Virus record (IMG/VR): IMGVR_UViG_3300006118_000046
Span: 1 to 25,021 of that record
DNA from: a virus
Taxonomy: Duplodnaviria > Caudoviricetes
Direction: 5' to 3' (one strand)
DNA: 25,021 bases
Shown: positions 9,401 through 17,643 of the stretch, one piece after another
Layout of the letters: each line of letters begins with the position of its first letter
Numbering within the stretch: position 1 is the stretch's first letter
Notes under the pieces: model-generated
What the model was told of the DNA's origin: nothing
Database searches by the model: none
What the model saw: the letters and a program-made list of their open reading frames with translations, nothing else
Translations under genes and position numbers: made by a program

Positions 9401-9982
9401 GGTGGTCGCACCGGTTCCACCATTTGCCACTGGAAGTGTACCGGTCACGCCTGTCGATAATGGCAAGCCGGTGACGTTAGTCATGACACCGCTTGCTGGA
9501 GTGCCCAGATTCGGACCCGACAAGGTCGGAGCATTAGACAACACGACATTTCCACTACCGGTGGAAGTCGTGACACCCGTGCCGCCATGCAGTACCGAAT
9601 TGACCCCGGTTGCATTGGAGAAGTCGGTGTACATGTTTCCGGCAGTGGTACTGTTCAGAAACGTGAAAATTTCAATGTCATCTCCAGCGGTCGCGCCGGT
9701 ATTAAGGATGACAGCTGTGCCGTTGGTCGCGGTGTATTTGCTAGCCGCAAGCAGCAGGCCGTTCTGATAAACCGACAGAAGGCCAGGCGTGTAAGGCACG
9801 CCAAAATTAGTTTGGCCCGACGTGGCGGTAAAAGAATACCGGGAGAAAGCGGTGTTGGTTCCGGGGAAGAAGTAGGACGTGGGAACCTGGACGGTCGTGT
9901 TGTTCTGCACAACCGCGACCTGTTCAGATCCCGTCAGGAACGACCCAGGCGGCAGCTGGTTGATGGGGATTTTGCTGGCCAT
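6485..9982 (-). CDS. Long tail fibre / tailspike: repeat-rich shaft plus C-terminal right-handed beta-helix (pectate-lyase-like depolymerase)
   Basis: Repeated GTLxVANGGTG and LGTPSSGTLTNATGLP; VSVLDFGADNTGTTDCSTAIQAALN...LIFPAGVY is the classic cap of a phage tailspike beta-helix; Asn/Ile/Cys ladder follows. Confidence 0.85.
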   Translation of the reverse strand: MASKIPINQLPPGSFLTGSEQVAVVQNNTTVQVPTSYFFPGTNTAFSRYSFTATSGQTNFGVPYTPGLLSVYQNGLLLAASKYTATNGTAVILNTGATAGDDIEIFTFLNSTTAGNMYTDFSNATGVNSVLHGGTGVTTSTGSGNVVLSNAPTLSGPNLGTPASGVMTNVTGLPLSTGVTGTLPVANGGTGATTLTGYVYGNGTSAATASTSIPGTAISGNISGNAANVTGTVAVANGGTGVTTSTGNTSSSVVLSNSPTLTSPSINTKIVFNGASSGTVTLQPASAAGNVTFTLPSTTGSNGYTLVTDGNNPATLSWSPGGGTVTSVSVSGGSTGLTTSGGPIVGAGTITLGGTLNVANGGTGTTTSTGTGSVVLATTPTLVTPNLGTPNSGTLTNCSGLVLTGGSGVTGTLPIVNGGTGNATNPTNGQLLIGSTGSGFALSTLTAGTNISSITNGAGSITINATGSVTSVQASGGTTGLSFSGGPITGSGTLTLGGTLGVASGGTGVATLTGYVYGNGTGAMSASTTIPSSALSGLGTGVQTALGVNVGSAGAVVVNGGVLGTPSSGTLTNATGLPISTGVSGLGTGVATALGNAVGSAGAPVVFNGALGTPSSGTLTNATGLPVSTGVSGLGTGVATALGVNTGTAGSFVVNGGALGTPSSGTLTNATGLPLSTGVTGTLSPTNGGTGISNSSGSTLTLGQAVSFAGGFSTTLTTTGTTSVTLPTSGTLAQSTLANATYTSTLTGATSRGTNAKLGDFVSVLDFGADNTGTTDCSTAIQAALNSNTTGNLELIFPAGVYKCTGLTWSGTGRLTMSGLGQAFLQSTSTTGNLFSASNGQILIRDFTVFYPFAGGVTAGFYLSFTGCTALIERIKFINGYNLVFWGAGCVNSGARNCTGLAMTGTGFTIDVSPSVPPAQQYGIMTISGCDLQGTTSSTGAGINLVSGDTVIVSDCNVAGFFIPINMTTLSSRSYLANVFMTNVFADGAGGPSSTQPGYLIDGTNQFLSRVFLSNCWSSSMQNSGMYLKNVKSVNLNNCAILANTGHGILCDTGAFDVRIANCIVSGNSSASAGSNHGITIVGGNNYTITGTRSGPTYNGTDGSTINNTQGFGIILTNSATTNYIIQNNDFSGNTLGRIQNVAGGTSGTTYFIGNNIITSTYVTS
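7943..8374 (-). repeat. Three tandem 144-nt (48-aa) coding repeats in the fibre shaft
   Basis: Unit GLGTGVxTALGxxxGxAGxxVVxxGxLGTPSSGTLTNATGLPxSTGVx occurs three times in direct tandem. Confidence 0.9.
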
Positions 9983-9985
9983 GAT

Positions 9986-10261
9986 TTACCCCACAATCCA
10001 GTTGGTGCCGTTGTAGAGAACGGGGACAAAATTGATCCCCGTTCCGCTCACTGTGGCAAGAAATGTTCCGGTGTTCGAATTGGAACAATTGGCTCGAGCG
10101 CCTGCGACAGGCGTCAGGGCAATCAATTGCGCATAGGTGTAGACGGGGAGGTTCCAAAAAAATTGGGATGGAACCTCGACCGTGATGTTCTGTTGAACAA
10201 GCGGGACCGCTTCGGTGCCCGTCAGGACCGTTCCGGCAGGAAGCTGTGAAATTTGCGGCAT
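9986..10261 (-). CDS. Small fibre/decoration-like protein sharing its N-terminal module with the long fibre
   Basis: PQISQLPAGTVLTGTEAVPLVQQNITVEVPSQFF aligns with IPINQLPPGSFLTGSEQVAVVQNNTTVQVPTSYFF; ends in VPVLYNGTNWIVG. Confidence 0.75.
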   Translation of the reverse strand: MPQISQLPAGTVLTGTEAVPLVQQNITVEVPSQFFWNLPVYTYAQLIALTPVAGARANCSNSNTGTFLATVSGTGINFVPVLYNGTNWIVG

Positions 10262-10312
10262 GGCGCGTCCCGTGTCTCAATAAGCCACATATACCACGCG
10301 AGGGACGCTACG

Positions 10313-10651
10313 CTAAATGCCCCCACCCAGAAACTGAGCGACGGACTGGTGTTCTACGTATTGAAGATAGAACCAAGCGTCCGCCTTCTTCTTGTCCTTC
10401 AGATCCAGATCCTGGAGATCTGATCCCTGCACGCCGGCGATCGCGTCCATCTCGGCGTGCATCTGCTGATGCTGCTGCAGGAAGTCCTTGAAGTTTTCCT
10501 TCGTCACCGGCCAGATCTGATACTGGTTCAGGGCGAAGCCGGCGGTCGCTGCCTGATGGATGATGGCAAGGTGGTGCTGGTAGTGGTCCCAGGTCCACTC
10601 GTCAAAGCCCTTGGGCGTGGGCCTGGGATAGATGATCTGGGCCAGACCCAT
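10313..10651 (-). CDS. Hypothetical protein with three His-containing helical repeats
   Basis: 112 aa, start coupled to upstream stop (TGATG); WTWDHYQHH, FLQQHQQMH, WFYLQYVEH. Confidence 0.75.
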   Translation of the reverse strand: MGLAQIIYPRPTPKGFDEWTWDHYQHHLAIIHQAATAGFALNQYQIWPVTKENFKDFLQQHQQMHAEMDAIAGVQGSDLQDLDLKDKKKADAWFYLQYVEHQSVAQFLGGGI

Positions 10652-10875
10652 CAGCGACCATTCTTGTTCCGGGTTGCCGGGGCATTGCCTCGACCGTAAC
10701 GCTGATGCGGCATCTGCCAGTCACCAGACTGGATAAGCGGATGCTCATTGGTGTCATAAAGGGTGGATTTGCTGAGGCCGGTATCACCGATCGTCAGTAC
10801 GCCATCCGGTGCATCGACGGTGACTTCTGCCGGCGGCATGCGGTTCCAGGCCTTGAATTCGTTATAGCGCGACAT
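10651..10875 (-). CDS. Hypothetical protein, 74 aa
   Basis: TAAGGAGG SD fused to the upstream stop; fills the gap between neighbours exactly. Confidence 0.7.
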   Translation of the reverse strand: MSRYNEFKAWNRMPPAEVTVDAPDGVLTIGDTGLSKSTLYDTNEHPLIQSGDWQMPHQRYGRGNAPATRNKNGR

Positions 10876-10887
10876 GTGACGGCCTCC

Positions 10888-13197
10888 TTAGCCGAACGGA
10901 GCAAATTCGCCAAATTGCGTCGTGAACGAAATGATATCGAGATCGGACGCGTTAGACGTGAGTGTGTAACCAATCATCTTACCATACGCGTTGATGGCCA
11001 AACCATCAATTGACACCGGCGGAACAGTAGCAAAGTTGATGGCCGCGCCGCCGGTTCCTGTGAAAGTGATCGGCCCCGATCCGGTAAACGAAACAGAGTT
11101 TTGCAGCAGGCCCAGAGTGATGGGTGTACCATTTGCCAGATCACTGTCTGGCGCAACGGTAAATGTCGGATTGTTTTCTGTTCCGTTGTTCTGGCCCACA
11201 AAATACAAACGCAAAGCTCGTTTGAAGCTTGTGTAATTGGGAGACTTGCGAAGCTTGGTCTGGAACACCTTGGGCAAAGACGTGCTGGGCGTCTGGAACA
11301 TGGGGTACAGATTGGTTCCATCTGTTCCCCAAGCTTGAATGACCGAATTGACTTCCTGCGTCTGGATGAACGTCGGCGTCTTCAGCTGCGTGGACGTGAA
11401 CCACTTCTGACCGTTCCACATGGCCATCATGGTCTGATTGGTTTTTGTGTACGGGTTAACGGTTTGGAAGTTCAACATATAGACGCGGTCGTTGAAGATT
11501 GTGGCGATCGCGGCGGTAGGCGTGGGCGAGGTCCAGGTCGCGGACAGGAACAATCCGTCTAGCTGGTTCGAGACCTTTTCTGCAGCACCACCGTACAGGG
11601 TGTAGACCCCGGAGGGATTGGCAAACACCAGAGCGCGTCCCAACGCTGCCACGCTATCGCGCCAGGATGTGCCCATCTGCGGATCCGCGTTCACCAGATT
11701 GTAGCTGGTGACGCCTGCAGTGCTCACAGTGACGTTGGACAGCACCGAGATCGAGGAATCCCCGAACACGTACAGATAGCCGCTCGACTGGATCACGCGG
11801 GTGATCTGTGCCTTGAGCGTTGCGTCTGTGAGCTGAGTGGTGACCCCGCCGGCTGAGGTCGCAAAGTTGGCCACAGTACCCGGCCCGGAGGCGTACAGAT
11901 TGATCCCGTTACCTATCCAGACGCGGTTCTGATAGGTCTCGACGGTCGTTCCCTGGGTGCCCAGAGGCATCAGGCTGACGGTTCCGGCAGCAACATTGTT
12001 CCCCCCGGTCAGCTGGACAGTGGCCTTGGTATAACCGGATCCGCCAGAGATCTTGGTGAAGCTCGTGATGGCTCCACCTGTCACGTTGGCGATGAAGGAT
12101 GCCCCGCTCCCATCGCCCACGATGTTGACCGTAGGAGGGCCCCCATAGCCCGCGCCGCCATCAGTGATGGTGATGCCGGTGATTTCTCCTAGCGCGATCT
12201 TGAAGACCAGGGTCGGGGCTGTGCCGGTAAGGCCACCAAACGAATACGAGGGCTGGCCGGTATATCCAGATCCAGGGCTCACAACACCCACGCTCGTCAG
12301 GACGTTCGCAGAGCCAGATCCTGCCTGATTGAATCCGGTGACCACGAGAACCGCCTGGGTGGTCGCTCCACCACCGCTGAGCGTTATGGTCGTCACCCCG
12401 GTAATATTGCTTGAGCCGCCATTGGTCACAGCGACCGACGCGATGCCGCCGGTCTCCTTAGACACAACAGGCGTCAGATTGGCGGTCTTGTCGCTGATGC
12501 CCCCGCCCGAGAATATCAATTGGGGCTGGTCGTTCAGGCTGTAGCCGGATCCGGGGTTGCTGACGACCAGCTGCGTGACAACGCCGTTCTTCACGGTTGC
12601 GGTAACAGCAGCCGAACTGCCGGAGCCACCCACTACCGTGACCGTAGGGGCCGAGGTGTAGCCGGATCCCGTGTTGATGATCGTAGTGTCAGGGCTCAGA
12701 GAGGTGGTCGAGGTCGCGCCAGAGGTCGTGCTGCCGAACAGATTGCTGCCATCCCACATCCAATAATTGGACTGTTGGAGGGTGTTGACGATCGCCAGGT
12801 ATTTGTTTTGGAATTGCGCGCAGGCGGGAAGCAGAGTTGGTGTGCTTGGATTGTAGAACGTATTGGCCACGGACGAGATCGTCGTTACGGCGGACGTATT
12901 AGCGTTGACCTGGATCGCGGTTCCATCACTGAAGAACACCGCCCAGTACGGAATGCTGTTCAGCACGTACTGGTATGTGTAGACAATTGTCTTGCTACTC
13001 GCCGTATAAAGCGTTGTGCCTTCAGCATATAGGGTCCGCAACCGACCCAACGCGATCGGCATCCAGTTTTGCGTCCAGGCAAATTCAGAATCGCCCACGG
13101 AGGGGCGCGGAACCTTGGTATTGAGCGTACCAAAGTCCTCGTACACCCACTCCTCAATGGGCGTTTCCTGGCTATTTCCTGCGCGCGGAATGGCCAT
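10888..13197 (-). CDS. Tail nozzle / DNA-stabilisation protein (P22 gp10 / T7 gp12 type beta-propeller) with inserted GSGY repeats
   Basis: 769 aa after the adaptor; propeller-like strands (ETYQNRVWIG, GYLYVFGDSSISVL, ALVFANPSGVYTLYGG); N-terminal FGTLNTK...WTQNWMP. Confidence 0.7.
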   Translation of the reverse strand: MAIPRAGNSQETPIEEWVYEDFGTLNTKVPRPSVGDSEFAWTQNWMPIALGRLRTLYAEGTTLYTASSKTIVYTYQYVLNSIPYWAVFFSDGTAIQVNANTSAVTTISSVANTFYNPSTPTLLPACAQFQNKYLAIVNTLQQSNYWMWDGSNLFGSTTSGATSTTSLSPDTTIINTGSGYTSAPTVTVVGGSGSSAAVTATVKNGVVTQLVVSNPGSGYSLNDQPQLIFSGGGISDKTANLTPVVSKETGGIASVAVTNGGSSNITGVTTITLSGGGATTQAVLVVTGFNQAGSGSANVLTSVGVVSPGSGYTGQPSYSFGGLTGTAPTLVFKIALGEITGITITDGGAGYGGPPTVNIVGDGSGASFIANVTGGAITSFTKISGGSGYTKATVQLTGGNNVAAGTVSLMPLGTQGTTVETYQNRVWIGNGINLYASGPGTVANFATSAGGVTTQLTDATLKAQITRVIQSSGYLYVFGDSSISVLSNVTVSTAGVTSYNLVNADPQMGTSWRDSVAALGRALVFANPSGVYTLYGGAAEKVSNQLDGLFLSATWTSPTPTAAIATIFNDRVYMLNFQTVNPYTKTNQTMMAMWNGQKWFTSTQLKTPTFIQTQEVNSVIQAWGTDGTNLYPMFQTPSTSLPKVFQTKLRKSPNYTSFKRALRLYFVGQNNGTENNPTFTVAPDSDLANGTPITLGLLQNSVSFTGSGPITFTGTGGAAINFATVPPVSIDGLAINAYGKMIGYTLTSNASDLDIISFTTQFGEFAPFG

Positions 13198-13198
13198 C

Positions 13199-13816
13199 TT
13201 ACTTACCTACGGCAAACCAATTGATGCTTACACCGGAAGCGTAAGAGCCACCGAGGCTCGTTGTGAAATAGCTGCCCGTGTAAGGGCCGGTTCCGATCAG
13301 AGCTCCGATCAAGGCCACATAATTTCCGGCAGCTTGACCTGAGACCGACGCTATCACCAAAGGCGGCGTGGTGAAATTTTGCGAAAACGTGATGGTTCCA
13401 CCATTTGCTCCAGCGGTAACGCTGGTGGCTTGTCCCCATTGCATCAAGAACCCGCCAGGCAAGGTGTAATACCCAGGAACGCCAGATTGATTGTTTTGGT
13501 TCAAACTGTAGGGCGTAACGGCTTGTGTGTTGTTCGTGCCCGTCTTGACTTGTGCGGCAGTGGCAAGCGCGCTGGGCGCAAGCGCCGCTGCAGTCCCGAT
13601 CCCCGTTGCTGCGGCGATCTGCGACAGCGTGGCCCCATAGGGCGTAGATCCGGCATTGATCAGAACAGTCTCTGAACCCGTCAGCGTATAGCTGCCTGCG
13701 GTGACCGTGGTGGCCTGGCTGGGCAACGTGCCGGTGTAGGTAAAATTTTGATCAAGATCCGACGCAGGAAGGTTCCCGCTGAGGTTCGCAAAGATGTATG
13801 GGAAGTTGATAGCCAT
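13199..13816 (-). CDS. Short tail-fibre protein with gp53-like C-terminal domain
   Basis: GYYTLPGGFLMQWG...ITFSQNF...INWFAVGK is the gp53-like fibre tip pattern; ATAAQVKTGTNNTQAVTP is a common fibre shaft motif. Confidence 0.8.
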   Translation of the reverse strand: MAINFPYIFANLSGNLPASDLDQNFTYTGTLPSQATTVTAGSYTLTGSETVLINAGSTPYGATLSQIAAATGIGTAAALAPSALATAAQVKTGTNNTQAVTPYSLNQNNQSGVPGYYTLPGGFLMQWGQATSVTAGANGGTITFSQNFTTPPLVIASVSGQAAGNYVALIGALIGTGPYTGSYFTTSLGGSYASGVSINWFAVGK

Positions 13817-14742
13817 TACCAGACCTCGCTGTCATAGGCGCTGGGCGACATCGACGGCGTCGTCGCCACGCCATTTTCTATCAGGTTCTCGCGGAATAGA
13901 GCCTGCATGAATTGCGCGTCGTCCTTACGTTGCGCGTTCAGATAGGCCAGATACGCCGCATAGTATTTCACACTCGCGGTGAAGGGATCCGGGATTGCCT
14001 CGACCGTGGCGTCCGTGACAAGCGGGATCGGGTTGCAATAGGCGTCCCAGTCCATCTGGCTCTGGATCGCCGGGATCGGCCACAGGTAACAGGATCCGCC
14101 AGCCCCTCGACCATACTGCGACCAGATCGACGGATAGTTCTGCTGGCCTACATTCCATGCGCGGTACTGCGCCTGGAGCGTTGTCCAGGACTTGTAGTCC
14201 AGCGTGGGCTTCATTGATCCCCACGACACCGACACCGACTGCAGACCAATGATTTCGGAAGCGCCTGGCTGCACCTGTTGCAGCGCGGTGATGTAGCTGC
14301 TGAACGGATACACTTCTTGGTTCACAACCGTCTTCACTGCCGGCGTCAGGGAAATGGTTCCCACCACCGCGCCCGATCCGGTGGAATCCGTGATCGTGAT
14401 TGTAGGCGTCAAAACATATCCAGAGCCCGCGGTAGTGACCGTCAGGGCGGTGATGACGCCACTCAATACCGTTGGGGTCACAACCGCCTGCGTTCCTCCG
14501 GTGATGCCGTCAGGCGCACTCACAGTGACCGTGGGGGCGGTGTAGTTGGTTCCGCCACTAGTGAGGGTCACGGATGTGATGGAGCTCGTGGACGGGAGCA
14601 GGACACGCAGACACTGTGAAAGTTCGCACACGCGATTGCGCGCGCGGTTGATGTAGTTGGTCAGATTGCTCTGGGAAAAAAACAGATAGTTCGGGTCATT
14701 CAGCAGCAGCGCTGTGTCGATCAGATATTGGTTCAGCGCCAT
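13816..14742 (-). CDS. Head-tail adaptor (connector) protein with inserted GSGY repeat domain
   Basis: LLNDPNYLFFSQSNLTNYINRARNRV N-terminal helices and LWPIP...IPDPFTASVKYYAAYLAY C-terminal motif typical of podovirus adaptors; position after capsid genes. Confidence 0.8.
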   Translation of the reverse strand: MALNQYLIDTALLLNDPNYLFFSQSNLTNYINRARNRVCELSQCLRVLLPSTSSITSVTLTSGGTNYTAPTVTVSAPDGITGGTQAVVTPTVLSGVITALTVTTAGSGYVLTPTITITDSTGSGAVVGTISLTPAVKTVVNQEVYPFSSYITALQQVQPGASEIIGLQSVSVSWGSMKPTLDYKSWTTLQAQYRAWNVGQQNYPSIWSQYGRGAGGSCYLWPIPAIQSQMDWDAYCNPIPLVTDATVEAIPDPFTASVKYYAAYLAYLNAQRKDDAQFMQALFRENLIENGVATTPSMSPSAYDSEVW

Positions 14743-14754
14743 GTGTGTTCCCTC

Positions 14755-14793
14755 AAACAGTTAGGGGACCGGCACGTCGCCGCACCGATCCCC
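14755..14793 (-). terminator. Stem-loop after the capsid genes (probable partial terminator)
   Basis: Minus-strand RNA GGGGAUCGGUGCG-GCGA-CGUGCCGGUCCCC: 13 bp with 3 G-U pairs and a GNRA loop, followed by a weak tail UAACUGUUU. Confidence 0.7.
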
Positions 14794-14836
14794 CATCATG
14801 CCCCTTGCGTGCCCCCACGCGAAGAGATCTTTCACA

Positions 14837-15991
14837 TTAGAACGGTTGCAGAACCGTCAGGTCAACCGGGGAGGCACCCAGACCCAGCGTGATACCCGAC
14901 ACGATGGTCGAAGCCGCCGTGGTCAGGTTGGAGTCAACCACCGGATACGGGATGGCTTGGACCAGACCACCGTCGATCACGGTAGCCGCCGTCAGCTGAG
15001 CCGTAGCAATCGCACCAGAGTTCGTTGCACCAGCCAGCTGAGCCTGGCGGGGCTGGAACAGACCAGCGCCGATTGCCGGGTTCTTCACGCTCGGGGTGGA
15101 TGCGTTCAGACCGTTGAAGGTGCGCAGATTGAACTGCGTACCGTAACCCGCACCCGACGTGGTAGCCGCGCTGTTGGTCGGGGTGATGCTCATGCACATC
15201 ACGATGGTCGCCGCCGCCGAAGAACCGCCGCCGCCCGAGAAGGACAGGGTCGGGATCGCCGTACCGGCCAGAACCGTCGTACCCGGCTGAGTGCAGACCA
15301 CCGCCGAGATCGTCTGGGCGCCGCCAGCCGAACCGGACGCGACCAGAGCGGTCGTGTACGAACCAACAGTCGTCGGACCCACCGTGCCCTGAGTAGATTC
15401 GCGCTGGTCAGGGATCAGGGTGATGGTCGGAGCAACGGTATAACCGGCGCCCTGGTCCACAACAGTCAGGGTCGGAACACCGGACGAGATCGTCGCGGTG
15501 ATCGTGGCCTGAATGCCGCCGATTGGGGGAGGAGACACCAGCACCAGAGGTGCATAGTTGTAACCCGCGCCAGCCGTGACCGTGGTGATGGTGGTGCTGA
15601 TCGCGCCACCCACGATGGCCTTCCAGGTGGAACCACCCGAGGAAGCCGTCACGGTCGGAGCCGAGGTGTAACCCGAACCCGAGTTGGTCACCACGGCACC
15701 GATCGCGAAGCCCGTCATGTTGGCCAGACGGAAGTTCACGCCATCCGAGGAGATGGTGGTGGGCGTGTTGCCCGCGTTCGGGAAGTTGCGCCAGATGCCC
15801 GTGATGGGATCCAGGAACTGGATGAACGTGTACGGACCCGGAGTGATGAGCCACTGGCCCGCCGGGATGTAGTAGGTCGTGCCCGCCGGCAGATAGACTT
15901 CGTTGCCGAAGACCGGGCCGGTGTACGGGGTGACGAGGCCGGGGTTGAGCGGAAGACCAACGCCCGCTCCGCGCATGGGAGTGATTGCCAT
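14837..15991 (-). CDS. Capsid-associated structural protein (decoration/fibre-like) with GSGY repeats
   Basis: 384 aa, Thr/Gly-rich, TAAGGAG SD, lies between MCP and the stem-loop so is probably expressed at capsid-like level. Confidence 0.65.
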   Translation of the reverse strand: MAITPMRGAGVGLPLNPGLVTPYTGPVFGNEVYLPAGTTYYIPAGQWLITPGPYTFIQFLDPITGIWRNFPNAGNTPTTISSDGVNFRLANMTGFAIGAVVTNSGSGYTSAPTVTASSGGSTWKAIVGGAISTTITTVTAGAGYNYAPLVLVSPPPIGGIQATITATISSGVPTLTVVDQGAGYTVAPTITLIPDQRESTQGTVGPTTVGSYTTALVASGSAGGAQTISAVVCTQPGTTVLAGTAIPTLSFSGGGGSSAAATIVMCMSITPTNSAATTSGAGYGTQFNLRTFNGLNASTPSVKNPAIGAGLFQPRQAQLAGATNSGAIATAQLTAATVIDGGLVQAIPYPVVDSNLTTAASTIVSGITLGLGASPVDLTVLQPF

Positions 15992-16003
15992 GGTGAGGGC
16001 TCC

Positions 16004-17014
16004 TTAGAAGCTGGCGCCGGCAACGGCGGAAAGCTGCATCCCAGACGACGGCTTCGTATTCACGAGAGCCATGGCTGCGATGATCACTCCGACATTGGCG
16101 ATCTGGTTGTTGGCGATCAGCGAGTGCCAGCCAGAGAACGCGAAGTTCGCGTCTTCCGAAATGTACAGGCCGAGATACTTGGAGTTGATGATGTAGGCGG
16201 TGCCGACCGGGCAGAACGGGTCCGCCAGGATCGGGATGTTGCCCAGCATCAGAGCGCGGAAGCCCGCGTTGACGGCGTCGTCATTGCCGTACTTGATGCC
16301 CGGATCAGTGTTGAACTGTTCCACCGACATGAAGTCCGTCAGGAGCGTGGTCCAGTCCGACAGGCTCATGATGACGAAGTCGGGGCTTTCACCACCGGCA
16401 ATCTTCGTCAGCTGCATGATGCGGGTCATCATGGTCGTACGCGACGGGGTGATCGAGGTGCTGATCTTGGTCGATTTCCAGAACGCGTTGCTGTTCCGGT
16501 TCAGACCGCCGTACGAGGCCACCGAAGTGCCGTCATCGTAGATGTCCTGGAAGCCGTTGATGGCCAGGGAGTTGGACGCAGCCGAACCGAACAGGGCGGT
16601 CGAGATCGCCTGCACCGCCACCGTCTTGGCGTCAGCCATACGGGCCTTCACCAGCGGAATGATGGTCTCGGTCTGCTGCAGGAGGCTTTCCATGCCCAGC
16701 AGCGGGATCGGAACCGTACCGACGCTCAGGTTCCACGCGGCCTGCTGCGTTGCAGCAAGCACCTGGGGCTGCGGGAAGCCGCCGTCATAGCCGGCCCAGT
16801 TGAAGTTCACAAACTGCGAACCCTGAACCGGGACAGTGACCTGAGACAGACCACCACGAGCGCGCTGGGCGTTCCGCATGAGCAGAGACAGCACAGGAGC
16901 CGCAGAGTAGATCTGCACGACGAGCTTGGGCACAAAGGCCCGACGCATGACTGCGGTCAGTTCGTTTGTAATACTGCCGCTAGCGGGGACTACCCCGGAA
17001 CCGTAGACTGGCAT
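16004..17014 (-). CDS. Major capsid protein (HK97 fold)
   Basis: 336 aa after scaffold; ISTALFG...INGFQDI, YGGLNR...FWKS, PDFVIMS, IPILADPFCPVGTAYIINSKYL motifs; strongly biased codon usage; GGGGAG SD. Confidence 0.9.
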   Translation of the reverse strand: MPVYGSGVVPASGSITNELTAVMRRAFVPKLVVQIYSAAPVLSLLMRNAQRARGGLSQVTVPVQGSQFVNFNWAGYDGGFPQPQVLAATQQAAWNLSVGTVPIPLLGMESLLQQTETIIPLVKARMADAKTVAVQAISTALFGSAASNSLAINGFQDIYDDGTSVASYGGLNRNSNAFWKSTKISTSITPSRTTMMTRIMQLTKIAGGESPDFVIMSLSDWTTLLTDFMSVEQFNTDPGIKYGNDDAVNAGFRALMLGNIPILADPFCPVGTAYIINSKYLGLYISEDANFAFSGWHSLIANNQIANVGVIIAAMALVNTKPSSGMQLSAVAGASF

Positions 17015-17036
17015 AGGTACTCCCCTTTAGCCGTGA

Positions 17037-17612
17037 TCAGGAATCTTGGTTGCTTCGGATATCCACCAGAACGCGCCCAACTTCACGGTCGGCCCACTTT
17101 TCGGGATCCGCAAACAGTCCAGCAACATCCACTTCCACGGCGTTGTCCTTGAAGTCCCAAGCGTCGGGCTCCCAGGAAGAACGTGCTTCGGTCGGCTTCG
17201 GGTTCTGCCGCTCAAACAGGGCGGCGGCAGCATCCGGATCCGGGATGGATCGGTCGATCATCAGGGCCTTGATCTTGTCAATGCCCTCGTCGTTGTAGCC
17301 GTAGGTCTTCTTCAACCGAGAGAACGACTGGTCGAGCTGGGACAGCGTCTGGCGCTCCTGCTCGTACTGGTCGCGCGCAGCCATCTTTCCGAACATCTCT
17401 TCGAGCTGCGCCTTGGTTTGGCGGACCTCTTCGATGTAGGGCTTGGCCACTTCAGCAGCCACGTCCTCATCCGTACGAGTGTTCGGATAATGCGCCTTGA
17501 TCGCGCGGGTCAGAAGCGGGCGGGTGCGCGGATCATTGTTGATCTGCTCCAGCAGCTTCTTGCCGGCGACAAGAGCGTTCAGCTCGGTTTCGTCTACAAC
17601 AACTTCAGCCAT
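17037..17612 (-). CDS. Capsid scaffolding protein
   Basis: 191 aa, acidic, helical/coiled-coil, immediately upstream of MCP. Confidence 0.7.
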   Translation of the reverse strand: MAEVVVDETELNALVAGKKLLEQINNDPRTRPLLTRAIKAHYPNTRTDEDVAAEVAKPYIEEVRQTKAQLEEMFGKMAARDQYEQERQTLSQLDQSFSRLKKTYGYNDEGIDKIKALMIDRSIPDPDAAAALFERQNPKPTEARSSWEPDAWDFKDNAVEVDVAGLFADPEKWADREVGRVLVDIRSNQDS

Positions 17613-17643
17613 AGGAGGGGGCGTCCTTGCTAGCGGTTAAGGG

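Noticed and set aside
4201-9767. Many Val/Pro-rich plus-strand ORFs
   Set aside because: Mirror translations of Thr/Gly-rich fibre codons; no independent coding signal.
14798-17152. 784-aa plus-strand ORF
   Set aside because: Antisense shadow of two in-frame, codon-biased genes (MCP and its neighbour); Arg/Gly/His-rich with no domain pattern.
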